64,000 nt of DNA from Macrostomum lignano (Eukaryota). The stretch spans positions 124,001-188,000 of the forward strand of contig NIVC01002193.1 in NCBI GenBank assembly GCA_002269645.1, written 5' to 3'. The position numbers were made by a program, and so were the translations under genes. The notes below the pieces were generated by a model that did no database searches, was not told the origin of the DNA, and worked only from the letters and a program-made list of their open reading frames with translations. Below, piece after piece: positions 49,452 through 61,699 of the stretch (position 1 is its first letter; the number at the start of each line of letters is the position of its first letter).

Positions 49452-50501
49452 GATGAAGAAAACTGACTGAATTGAAAATGATGTAGCCAGCCAGGACTCG
49501 TTAAATATTACTGTTCTGTCGGAGGGTTGTGCAAGATTTCTGTCGGTTTAATGGATGCAACCTAAAGCAACTCATCGATCACTTTGTTACACCTTTTTGT
49601 TAATTCTTATATTTAGTAGCGTGACTACTCAATCGTCAATGAGCAGTCACTGGTGGATACCCACGAGTGCTTTACGAGATACTCACTCTCGTGACGAGAC
49701 GTTGGACTGTTTTTTACACAGAATTATCATACAGACGCTAATATCGGATTCGGATCTGAGTATGAGTGGACTCAATGTCTATTATGGAAAGCCTTCTACA
49801 TCTTATAGCCCAAGACCAATCTATAGAATTTTTATGGATGGCCATGAGCTTCAGTGACGATTAGCCAAACTATTAGATAAAGAACTATTATAACACTTTA
49901 GCATCTCTACTATCAGTAGCGTACTATTTTATTGCAAGCAAAATTTTTAAAACAGATGGAAACGAATGCATTGAGCTGGGTAGTGCCCACCCAGTTCACT
50001 AGACTGGAGCATGGATGGAATGCAGAATGGAGACTGTGCAGACAATGAGCGAGACAGAAATTCGAGTTACAACTAAATATTAATCTGGTTGTGATAAACA
50101 AACAAAATTCGAACAATTACTTTTGTTACGTATATTAATTCCGTTTTCATTCCGTTTCAAGCCAAAAGCAGAAACTTTTTCGTCACAACACATTTTGCTA
50201 CAACGGCAATTTCTATATTAGCTGGACCAATAATATTTGTTAAAAAGCACAAATCTTGGGCTATGCAGTTCGGACTAACTTCAGTTTCTAATCGGAGCAG
50301 AAAACAAAAGGAAATGTATGATTTTAATATGGAAAAATATGAAAAATGAAAGTTTTTAAAGCAATTTATATTGCGCAACAAAAGCTTCGCCGAAGCAGAG
50401 GGACTGTTTCTTCGCCGGTAGCTACTACTTCTAAGTAATAAAGGATGCTAAATTACTCAGTGATAGCAAAATAGAAAAGCAGGACTGAGGACAACTGAGA
50501 G

Positions 50502-51500
50502 TTACACTCGATCCAAGGTGTCCGTGCTCTGATCCATGTACTTTATTGCGGCCGAGTCGTACCACTTTCTGGGTACAGCTTGTCCTGGGAATTTGAAGGA
50601 GTTGGGTAACTAGAGGAGTGAGGTGGGCGGAGGAGTGAGGTAGGCGGAGCAGCGAGGTGGGCGGAGGAGTGAGGTGGGTGAAGGAGTAAGATGGGTGGAG
50701 GAGTGAGGTGGGTGGCGAAGTGAGGTGGGTGGCGGAGTGAGGTGGGTGGAGGAGTGAGGTGGGTAGAGGAATGAGTTGGGTGGAGGAGTGAGGTGGGCGG
50801 AGGAGTGAGGTGGGCGGAGGAGTGAGGTGGGCGGAGGAGTGGGTGGGTGGAGGAGTGAGGTGGGCGGAGGAGTGAGGTGGGCGGAGGAGTGGGTGGGTGG
50901 AGGAGTGAGGTGGGCGGAGGAGTATGGTGGGCGGAGGAGGTGGGCGGAGGCGTGAGGGTGGGTGGAGGAGTGTGGTGGGCGGAGGAGTGAACTCACTTGT
51001 TTTTGATTCGCGCGGTCCGCTAACGAGGCCTGCGGCGGGTGCACTCTCAACGCCACCATTAGCCTTGACGGGAGTAATGAGCGCTTCGTTAGCCGAAAGG
51101 TCGGGCTTGTTGCTGGCTCCCTGCGGCAGAGTGATTGGTTGATTATTTGATTGATTGGGATAATGAAATTAAATATAAAATATTATACTATCACGATTAA
51201 AACCTACAGCGTACAGGCTTCTACGATTCTACGATTTAAGTATCTTGCGTGTGACTCTAGTGCTAAATTCCCTGCATTCAAATTCGCGCGTGACCACATT
51301 TTAATTTGGGGCTCAGGCGCACGAAAATTCACTTGATCCTGGAGCTTACGACCGACTTAAGACTGAACCCAGGCGACACACAGCTTAAACACGCAGTGAG
51401 CACACATCTAGCGATGAGAAAGTCAGGGCCAATAACTAATTGACTAACTAACAAACTAACAAACAAACAAACAAACAAACAAACAAACAAACAAACAAAC

Positions 51501-51558
<58 letters not shown>

Positions 51559-54483
51559 GCTAAATGGTGCACAGTTTAGAAATTGGCTGCCTGCCAAGGG
51601 TTCAATTTCTCACTGTTTTCTCTATTGTGCTCCCTCACTGTCAGTCGCCACAACCTACTGCTGCATGCTGTGCAGCTTGGCAGAACTACCGAATTACAAA
51701 TTAGAAAGCTGGTTGCGCACTCCTGCTACCTTTCCTGACTAATAGCTATTCGACGATTATTCCAATACATAATGCAATTTAGAAGCATTAAAAATGTAAC
51801 AAAAATCGTCATTCTACACTTGCTCTCTGGCTTGCTGTCTGTTTTGTTTATAATAGAAAAGCGCACAGGGCCTCTTCGTAAAGGACCGAGCTAACCAGAG
51901 TGTGAGAACCGTGTGAACTTAATACTGCGTATCAGCATAGCAATACCATCTGGCCGGCCGCACCGCAGGCAGGTTATGTATAGCAAGGTCAATGTACCCA
52001 GCGCATGAGATAAGGCTGTGACGGAATTCCAGTTCATTTTTTACATTCTCGAACTGACTCTGCGCTCTTTCTGCATGGAACAGGAATTTTGCGAAAAAAA
52101 AGTAATTGCCAAGCCAAAAGGACACTTGGCCTGGTTTCGGGGGCTTGAATTAGCAACTATGCCATACCTGAAATTTGGGGTACCGCAACCCTGGCGTATA
52201 GTGGACACCGCTACAATACCCCTGCCATACAGTGGACACCGCTACAATACCCATGTCATACACTGGACACCGCTAAAATACCCCTGTGATACATTGGACA
52301 CCGCTACAATACCCCTGTGATACAGTGGACACCGCTACAATACCCATGTCATACATTGGACACCGCTACAATACCCCTGCCATACAGTGGACACCGCTAC
52401 AATACCCCTGCCATACAGTGGACACCGCTACAATACCCGTGTGATACATTGGACACCGCTACAATACCCCCGTCATACAGTGGACACCGCTACAATACCC
52501 ATGTCATACATTGGACACCGCTAAAATACCCCTGTGATACATTGGACACCGCTACAATACCCCTGCCATACAGTGGACACCGCTACAATACCCCTGCCAT
52601 ACAGTGGACACCGCTACAATACCCGTGTGATACATTGGACACCGCTACAATACCCCCGTCATACAGTGGACACCGCTACAATACCCATGTCATACATTGG
52701 ACACCGCTAAAATACCCCTGTGATACATTGGACACCGCTACAATACCCCTGCCATACAGTGGACACCGCTACAATACCCCTGCCATACAGTGGACACCGC
52801 TACAATACCCCTGCCATACAGTGGACACCGCTACAATACCCCTGTCATACAGTGGACACCGCTACAATACCCATGTCATACAGTCAACCTACACGTCAAC
52901 TAGAATGGTATAAGAAAATCTAGTTCGATTCACGCATCTGAGCAACAAATCCCCATATGCTCCTGCAGGTAGTAAAGGCTGATCCACTTGCCGATGCAAT
53001 TGAGGCACTCTCGCACACAACCATGCTGGCTAATCTCTTTGCCCACAAGACAAAACTGCGTACTCAATACAAGAGAATATACTTTTCCGTGTCTCGCTGC
53101 ATTCAATGGTGAAACAGTTGGTATTATCTACATGCATAACTGCTAGACCCAATAAATCGTTCAGAAAATTAGTTAGGATCGCTCCGAAACCCTCTCTGCA
53201 AACAGAGTGGCAATCTAGGCAGGCAACGGAAGAACTTTCTTAGAAATATCGATTTGTTCGGCTTAGGAGGGTGGCTTTCTTCTGGCTGTGTTCCAAGTTC
53301 TCGACAATTCACAGATTTTGACTTTATAATATTGCTTTTTGCCTCAAGTCACACCCTAATACCAAGTGAATAGCTGTCGTCCCTCTGCACTCAATGACAC
53401 TTTCAATTTCACCCACAATGCAATCCACAATGCCACTCCTACTTATACACATCTCTATATCGCACCCAAATGTCGGAATGTTACTTTTTCATTGCGCAAT
53501 CCCTCCATATCACTCTCAACGTTACTTTGCTCATCACTTTTCAGCGTCACTCTCATTGTCACTATCGGCGTCACTCTCATTGTCACTATCGCCTCGGCGT
53601 CACTCTCATTGTCACTATCGCCTCGGCGTCACTCTCCTTGTCACTATCACTGTCACTATCACTCTCATTGTCACTATCGGCGTCACTCTCATTGTCACTA
53701 TCGGCGTCACTCTCATTGTCACTATCGGCGTCACTCTCATTGTCACTATCGCCCCGGCGTCACTCTCATTGTCACTATCGCCTCGGCGTCACTCTCCTTG
53801 TCACTATCACTGTCACTATCACTCTCATTGTCACTATCGACGCCACTCTCCTAGTCACTACTATAGGCGACACTCTCATTGTCACTATCTACGTCACTCT
53901 CATTGTCACTATCGACGTCACTCTCATTGTCACTATCGACGCCACTCTCCTAGTCACTATAGGCGACACTCTCATTGTCAACTATCGACGTCACTCTCAT
54001 TGTCACTATCGTATCGATGGCACTCTTAATAAACAACAATTTCTGTAATCACACTCATCAATATCGATATCACAGTGAAACCTCTGCCACTCTTCAGTTG
54101 AAAAATCAATCTCCAGTGTTCACACAAATCAAACTCAGTTTCAACCTTCTCAAGCCTCAACTCACCTTGTCACCCTGTCGGTCGCCCCGACTGCACAGGC
54201 GCCTCCGTTTCTGGTACAGCACGTAGGCCACAGTGAATAGCACCAGAACAATGAGGATGGTTGCCACCAGGGCCACTGCAACTGTGTTATCCGGCTGTTC
54301 TGCAGTCGGCTGCTCTGTCGGATTCAAGCCCGAGGCTGCTGGAACTGGCGCTGCCGTTGTCGAGGCGACCAACTGAGTGCTAGTTGAAGCAGCATCAGGC
54401 TCCAATGGCAAAGCTAGGTCTGCTGTGTTATCTGCATCAGAATCACCTGCTACGAAACTTGTGCCATTGCTACTCCCGGTCAT
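50502..54483 (-). CDS. Small single-pass membrane protein (174 aa), uncharacterised
   Basis: Exons 54483-54166, 51120-50997 and 50584-50502, phase-compatible GT-AG. N-terminal NGT sequon, S/T/P/A-rich stalk, TM VAVALVATILIVLVLFTVAYVLY followed by QKRRR, tail ending TDTLDRV. Confidence 0.7.
50620..50990. repeat. 17-bp minisatellite GGAGGAGTGAGGTGGGC
   Basis: Fills the intron 50585-50996. Confidence 0.9.
51440..51560. repeat. Compound (ACTA)n/(ACAA)n microsatellite
   Basis: Direct observation. Confidence 0.9.
52197..52885. repeat. 31-bp minisatellite ATACAGTGGACACCGCTACAATACCCCTGCC
   Basis: About 22 copies. Confidence 0.95.
53545..54010. repeat. 24-bp minisatellite CGGCGTCACTCTCATTGTCACTAT
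   Basis: About 19 variable copies. Confidence 0.9.
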
Positions 54484-56629
54484 GGCTCTATGTTATTTAT
54501 TGTTCCAAATATTTCTTTGCAGCAGGTCTCAATAAATATAGACAGTGTGGAAGCGAAGGCCTTGCCGCTGTTTTTGTAGAGCGAACTTTTCTGTCCGACT
54601 AACTTGATGGAGTGGGCCGACCGCTGAATGAAATTATGCCAATCGGATGGCGAGGCCGGCACGGAACCGATGCTGCTGATCTTGGCCAGAGAAAGAATTA
54701 GTACTATTTGTGCGCCAGAGCGAATTGGAGTGTCGGTGGCGAGGCGAGGCCGAAAATAAGAGCAGTTTATAGCATTACAGCATAATATGTGCCGGACAGA
54801 TCTGACTGACGCGTGTGCGCAATTGGACAGAATCGGAGTCAAATCAACAAGTCTAGGAATTCCTGTCTGTCTGTCTGTCTTCTCTCTTGATTTGGGTTTG
54901 CTTCTCTCTCCTCTCTGCGCCGGTCAATGCAACAGTTGTGGGTTTGGGGCCGCGGGGTTTATTGATCGCGGGAGAGGGTCATAATGTGCTCCACTAGGTC
55001 GTATTTGCTTATAGAATAAGAAATGTGCGCAAAATTTTTCTTACTATTGAGAAAATGAGTACAACCAGCAGCGCAGTGCGTGCGGAGTGGACTGGACTTT
55101 TTGTACGCAAGTCCACTATTTGGGCTAATAGAGATAAGAGGCTTTTTCTGATCACCCCTGGCAGTGGCTTGGGTGGGGTGGTTGGCGCACAGCCCACCCC
55201 ACTCCGCGAATTTCTAACCCGACCAAATCGACAGCCAATCAGAGGCGACCGTCAAGACCCCTATGCCCAGTTAAAAAAACATGAACGGTAAATCCACAGT
55301 CTGTCTAGCAGCAACACCGATACAATAACCCTTAAAAGTGAAGCACTGAAGTGCATGTTTTCACATGTTTTATATTTTAACCTCAGCTTATCTTCTTCAA
55401 AATTGTAATATTGTAAAAAAACTGCAGTGGGCTTGCTGAGGTGATTGTATTATTAAGCTATCGTCTTGGCCTTGTTTTTAGGACACAGCGTTATCTATTT
55501 TTTCTCTCCCTTGAGCTCTCATTTTATGGTCCAAGCCCAACAAAAAACCTACCACCCTCCCGGGAGTCCCCCGCATGCCAGCTACGAGCAGGGCCGCAAG
55601 GGTAAAGCCATTTTTTTTTCAAAAATGCATACAAATCTTGTGATACAGTCTTAGCTCGTTAAGCAAATGTTTTTATGATTCAAGGTTTTTCAAAGACAGC
55701 CCCCCTGGCCTGGAGAATATAGCTATAATCCATCATTCCATTTGCCGTTCGTCTATTGCTTAAGCTATCTCTGCCTATCTTTCATGCGAGATAAATGTAG
55801 CTATATGCTGCATAAATATTGGCTGGCAATGTGAATCCAGCAAAAATTGATAGATAGGGGGCTGCATCTTAAACGCGAGTTCACATTACAGCTTGTAGCT
55901 CCTCAGCGGGTCAAAAGTTGCTCAAATGAATTTACAGTTGGTTCAGATCCATTTTAAAATTGATTTGAACAAACTGACCTAAAAATCCTGGATCCGCCAC
56001 TGAGCGGCAATGTGAACAGGTCTTTTAAAACCGACAAGCTGAAATTATGGTAATCGTAGATGTTATAACAATTAAAATTTAAAATTAAAATTTCGAACTC
56101 ACTTGGTTGCTACCTTGAGTCCCCTTGGTCTCCCGACACCTCACCGACTGGCAGACCCCCTCGCCCCTGAAACCTGTCTGAGAACATTAAGCTTTGCAAT
56201 CATAACTAAATGTTCAAATGTTTTTCTGTAAGTAATTGAAAGCACAAGTATATTTCTCTAATTTTAACGCGATGGTAAACATAGGTAAAAATTTCCCGTT
56301 GTCAAAAACGCGTTTATTTATTTATGATTTCTCAGAAACAATAGTTCTCCGTCGGGACTTGCTCAAAGATGTTTATTTATCTGGCGTGGGTCAGAAACTT
56401 CGTTGAAAATCCGATTCGAAAAGTGCAAACTGTGACAGTTGCAACCAAACGCTAGAGAACCTTGGTAGTGCTGATTTAAAAAGTTAATATGTAATTTGTG
56501 TCTTGATCGCAGACCGTTTCTTTCTCATTATAAAAATAATTTGGACAGGAATTTAATGTACTTGAATTACTGTATCTTGGTTTGAATATTACTCCGAGTT
56601 TTGTCTACGATGACATGGCATATTCCAGA

Positions 56630-59600
56630 TCAGCCCTTCGTCTTGGTGAGGCTGAAGCCTCCCCCGGTGAACCTGGCCTGGTCGGTGCGCTGCGGCTGGA
56701 TCGGCGGGTTGCCGGGGCGCCGCCCATCTGCAGCGCCTCGATGGCGCGCTCTCTTTCACGTACAGCCTGCTCTTTCTTCTTCTGCTGGAAGTATTTCTTC
56801 TTCACCTCCTGCAGTTCGCGGGCCAGCTTCTCAATTTCGTATTTGTACTCCTTGATCTGCGACTCGTACATGTTTGTCTCGGCGGCCATGGCCTGTTGGG
56901 TGTTGGGATATAAAGCGTGGAGTTTAAATTTAAGAGTCTCTTTCTTATCTGGCTACTGTCGCAAGTGTTTCAGTAGAAGCGGGAGGTAGTAATCAGTATT
57001 ATTGACTTTTAAAGGAGAAACGATGTATAAACACAAAATACATTCCAGCGACTCACCTTCATTTGCTTGGTCTTGTCCCTCAGCGTCTGCTGATAGATTG
57101 ACAGCTGCTCAGCAACCTCTGGTCCCGGCTGTCTAGCCAAGATGTGCTTTAGTTCAATGTAAAGCTTCTCCTTTTCCTGAATAAGTAGCTCTTTCTCCAC
57201 AACTTCCTCCGTTTTGAGAATCAGGCGCTTCTGCAGCGTCTGAATCTTTTGGATCATCTCGTACGTGGATGGGTCGCTGCCCTGTAGATTTGGAGATTGT
57301 TGAGTGTATTTCAGTTAAAGAAGCAAAATTGGCAGTAAATAATGGACCAAAAGAGACAATTCAAGTGGCAAAACGATTATGAGAACTCACTTCCAACTTG
57401 CGCCAGCGGTGCACATTCATCGGATTCTCCAGCTCCTCTTCGAGCGCCTTGCACCTGGTCCGCTCCCTCAGTAACTCCTTCTGCAGGTGGTAGACCTCCC
57501 GGCGCAGCTCGTCAACATTGTGCACAGTCCGCTGGAGAAGCGCCTTCTCTCTGCGCAGCTTCTTGATCTCCAGTTTCAGCACGCGAATGTCCTCCAAGCG
57601 CTGGTTGTACTGCACTTCGCCCTTGTTCAGCAGCGACTGCTGGATCTTGATCTTCTCGTACAGCAGGGCCAGCTCGTCGTTGCGACGAACCAGCTGCGTG
57701 CCGAGGATGTCCCTCTCGCTGACCAGCTTGTCCAGCTCCTTCTTCTGGCGAAGTCTCTCGGCATCCGCCTCGTTGATCATCTTAGTCAGTTTCTTCTTCT
57801 CAACCTCCTGAGCCTCGATGTAGTCGCTGTTCTCCTTGTGCAGCTTTTTCATAGCCTGCAGCTCTTTGCTGAGCTGGTCCTTCTCCTTCTCCACCTTCTG
57901 TCGCTCCATGTTCTCCTTGACCAGCTGGCCGTCCTTCATGGCCGTCTCCTCCTTCAGCTGGTCAATCTGGTGCGACATGATCTTGTGCTTCCGCTTCAGT
58001 TCCGTGATCTCATCCTGGGCCTCGATCAGGTTCTTGCTGTACAGGTTTCGGTCGCTGCGGACGGCCTCGTACAGATTCTGCTGCTGCCGGAGGCGAGTCT
58101 CGGCCTCGGCAATCTTCTTCTTGTAGTCGAAGATCTGCATTTCGCGCACCTTCACATCCTCCATATGCTGTAGCACCTTCTGCGTCAGGTCTGAGGCCTC
58201 GTTGATGTACCGATCTCGCTCCTTTTCCAACTGGTAGATGATCTTCCGCTGTTTCTGCGCCTCATCTTTGTAGTTCTCAATCTCCTGCTCCAGAGTTTTC
58301 TTCGAGGCCTCGTGCAGCTTCACCATGCCGCGCTGCTTCTCCGTGGCGTTGGCCGCCTTGATGAGATTTTTGTTGAGAATGTCGCGCTCTCTGGTCAGCT
58401 CGTCGACAACCTTCTTGTCCTGTTCGTTGGCCTTCTTGATCAGGTCCATCTCTGCACAATGATGATGGGACGGTGTTAGCGCGTGATAGAATCTCTTTTT
58501 GTAGGAACTGGTCCTCTAAACCAGTTCATGCATTCAAAGCCTGGTCTTACCCTTCTCCATGCCGTGAATCTCATTCTTGAGCTGTTCTCTCTGGCCTTCC
58601 AGGTTGCTTTTGTTGTCCTCGGTGAGGCGCAGCTTTCGTAGCGTCGTCTCGCGAACTCGCACGAGCTTTTGAATTTCACTCTTCAGCGAATTCACTTCGT
58701 CCTCGCGTTGCTGTGTTGTTGGTAAGACAGTGGAAATGTTTATTCCTGCTTTGAATATTTTATTTTAAATATAGAATATCAGGTAATTATTTTAGACCAT
58801 TAACTCACCTTGAGCTCTAGAGTCTTCGACTGGTTGTCTCCGATGAGCTGCTGCACCCGCTGACGCTGATCGTTGAGTACCATTGTGTCATCCTTGATCT
58901 TGGTCTCCAGGAAGTGCTGGTGCCGCTGGGCCTTCTCCAGCTCGGCTTTGGTCGCTCGGATCTCCTCCTCTCGGGTTTTGTTCTCCTGGGTCACCCCGGC
59001 CAGCCGAGATCGCAGAGTTTGAATCTCGCCCTCTTTAGCCTCGGCTTCCGCTTTCGCCTGTTTGAGATCGCGCTCCATTTTCTCCTTCTTGCGCTGCTCG
59101 CGGGTGGCCTCGCTGTTCTTGGTTTGGATCTCCTGCTCCAGCTCGGCCACCTTCGTCTGACAGTCGGTCAGGTCCGTCTCCAGCCGCAGCTTTTGCGACT
59201 TGTTCTCTTCAAGCTCATCTCTCAGATGGCTGTTCTGCTGCATGAGTTCGTCGCGCTGCTTCGTAAGCTCCTCCTTTGCCTCAAGCAGCTCGCTGACGTT
59301 CTGATCCTGACCAGAGGTTAAGCCTGCACCCTGCTCCACCAGCTTGCTGAGATTGGCGATTTCCAGTTTCAAGCTCTGGATAGTGTCGCGAGCTCGGGCC
59401 TCTTTGTCGTGAGCAGCGTCCACCATCTTCCAGGCTTTCTCGATCTCCTTTTTCAGCGAAGCAATGGTAGCCTGGTCTTCCTCTGAGAGTTTCAATGCAG
59501 AGGTCATCTTGGCCGAGTTGGCCACAATTTCAGCCTTGAGCTCGCGGCACTTCTGCATCAGTCGCTTTTCGCTTTCGTGGCTCTTTTGCAGGGCGCGCAT

Positions 59601-60353
59601 CAGCTTCTCGTATTCGAGTTTGAACTTGTCCAGGCCTTTGTTGCCCTGCAGCTCCTGCAGCACTTCCTGGAAGTCTTTCTCAAGCGTGTCGAACGCTGAG
59701 TCATCCATCATACCCTTTTCCTTTCGGTCCTCCTTCTCCTGTGAACAAGTTAGTATGGTTTAAATTCTTAAAGTTGATTATAAAGTACCAGCTATCCTTT
59801 AATTCTATAAGTTGACGATGTTTGCTTTCATATATTCAAAATTATTTCCTTGCCAGCAAAAATTGTAGCCATTCGTAGCAATCGTGATTTCATAAGGTGG
59901 CATACAAATAATAATCACATTTATTCAGATAAGCAAATATATCTAAATTGTTTAAAATATAATGTATGTTTGTCTATATTGTTATTTTATGAAACTGTGC
60001 ATTAATGACATTTACATGATTGACCGATTAAGAAAAGCATCAGAAAACTGGAAACTGGAAGCATCAGGAACAAGCTCTTAGCATTTATCGATACATCATG
60101 GACATTATTATCAAACAATGTCTTGGTAATTTCAGTCTCAGCAATTTTACAATATAGTATTGTATCTTTTTAATCCAGATTTTGGTTTTGGGTTAGATTA
60201 ATTTTGGTCTTGTTGGTTAATAAATCTTGGTTAATAAATCTTTAAAGATAAATTTTCTTAATTTTTAAAAATAGTTCTCTTTTCAGAATAAAATTTCACT
60301 CTTGGAAAAAATGGAAGAAAAATTCTATAAGTAAAAAATCTTACCTCAGTCAT
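56630..60353 (-). CDS. CFAP58: Cilia- and flagella-associated protein 58 (CCDC147)
   Basis: Exons 60353-60345, 59738-58809, 58710-58551, 58451-57391, 57281-57057 and 56892-56630. Motifs KKEIEKAWKMVD, QQQNLYEAVRSDRNLYSKNL, LVRRNDELALLYEKIKIQQS, EELENPMNVHRWRKLE, LARQPGPEVAEQL. The RFTGGGF tail lies in a shifted frame after ~56707 (as assembled the ORF stops at 56605). Confidence 0.95.
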
Positions 60354-61699
60354 TTCAGTGCCTTTGTGCACTTACTTTGAACGCTTTATACAGGTGTTCT
60401 ATATACTATTGTAAGTTGGAATTGAATGAATCTTCTGTTGTGCGACGATTTTCGGAACAAATAATTTCAATGCAAGATTCAAACAGTCTCGTTAGTATTG
60501 GTTTCCATAGGTTATGTGTACTTTTTTGCTTTAATGATTAATTAAGTTCGTATAAAACCTGTATACATATGAATAATATTTTCTTAAAATGAAATCTAGT
60601 CGCAAAGACACAGAGAAAAAAGTAGGTTTTGTTTTAATGTATAACTTTTTCCGCAACTTAAAACCGTTGGACGAACGAAACGAAGCAAGACAGTTCCTAT
60701 CGTCACAAGCCCATCTTAATTCGTGTTTTGTATTCTAAATTTTGCTATATTGTTTTAAAGCCTACTACAGTTTCTAAATTTTTAGAGTTCGATTAACATC
60801 GGATTTAGCAATTTTTTACTTCACTTTTAAATAATTAAAGAATCGTTTATGCACCATGTAGTTCACGTACGTGTTTGTTAAATTGTTAAGAATAAAAACT
60901 ATTTCAACATTTAGATTGATAGTTTTTTACTTTCAATAGTTTTCTAACTTAAGTTATTTGATATCTGGTAAATTCAGAAACATTCCTAACTAAATTAAAA
61001 GACCTTAACTTGCTTGCATATAGGGACTTCTAATTGAAAAAAGTTTTTTCAAATTTTAACATTCAACATTGCGTATACCAAGGACCACTGTAGTAGTGGG
61101 GTTCGTGTTGGCAGAGTGCTTCTACTACAGTGGTCCTTGACGCATGTATGCATAGATACACACGCTCGTATAAGTACTAAGTAATCTAAAATTAGTGAGT
61201 TCTAGGAAAGAGTTTTGCAAAAGAATCGGTGACAATAAATAACAACAAAAAATTCTGTGCATTAAGTACAACGCGTTCGTTGCAGGCCGGCTGATTAATT
61301 ATATGAAGCCGTATTTAAGACAAAGAGACAAAATGAGTCACATGAGGCCTAATTATAAATTATGTATTGAATTATTTTGTATTCAATGGATTATTATGAA
61401 TTCCATTGTGCTGCTTTCGTTTTTTATACGCTCGTACATTGTGCAATTTATAGCTTTTTGCGTTCTAGTTTGAACTGCGGGCTTTTAATTTGGACACAGA
61501 AGTCAAGCAAAGCCCAGAGAATGCTGGCTAGTCTATGGCACAAACCAGAAGCAACTGACGGGCTTTTAAATTCGACAGTCATATTCGAATCAAATTTTTA
61601 ACAAACACCAATTTACCATCTGAGGCCACAGATTCAAAATATTTATTATTTTCATAGAAAAATCTAAATATAACCCGCAGCTTATAAAACACGGCATTT

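Noticed and set aside
55981-56002. Terminus-like CAGTGGCGGATCCAGGATTTTT (minus strand)
   Set aside because: Resembles a DNA-transposon end, but no matching second end or TSD was found.
56582-59763. Plus-strand ORFs over CFAP58, and antisense ORFs over PPA, TRAM, the LINE and the lectin
   Set aside because: Antisense shadows of GC-rich coding exons.
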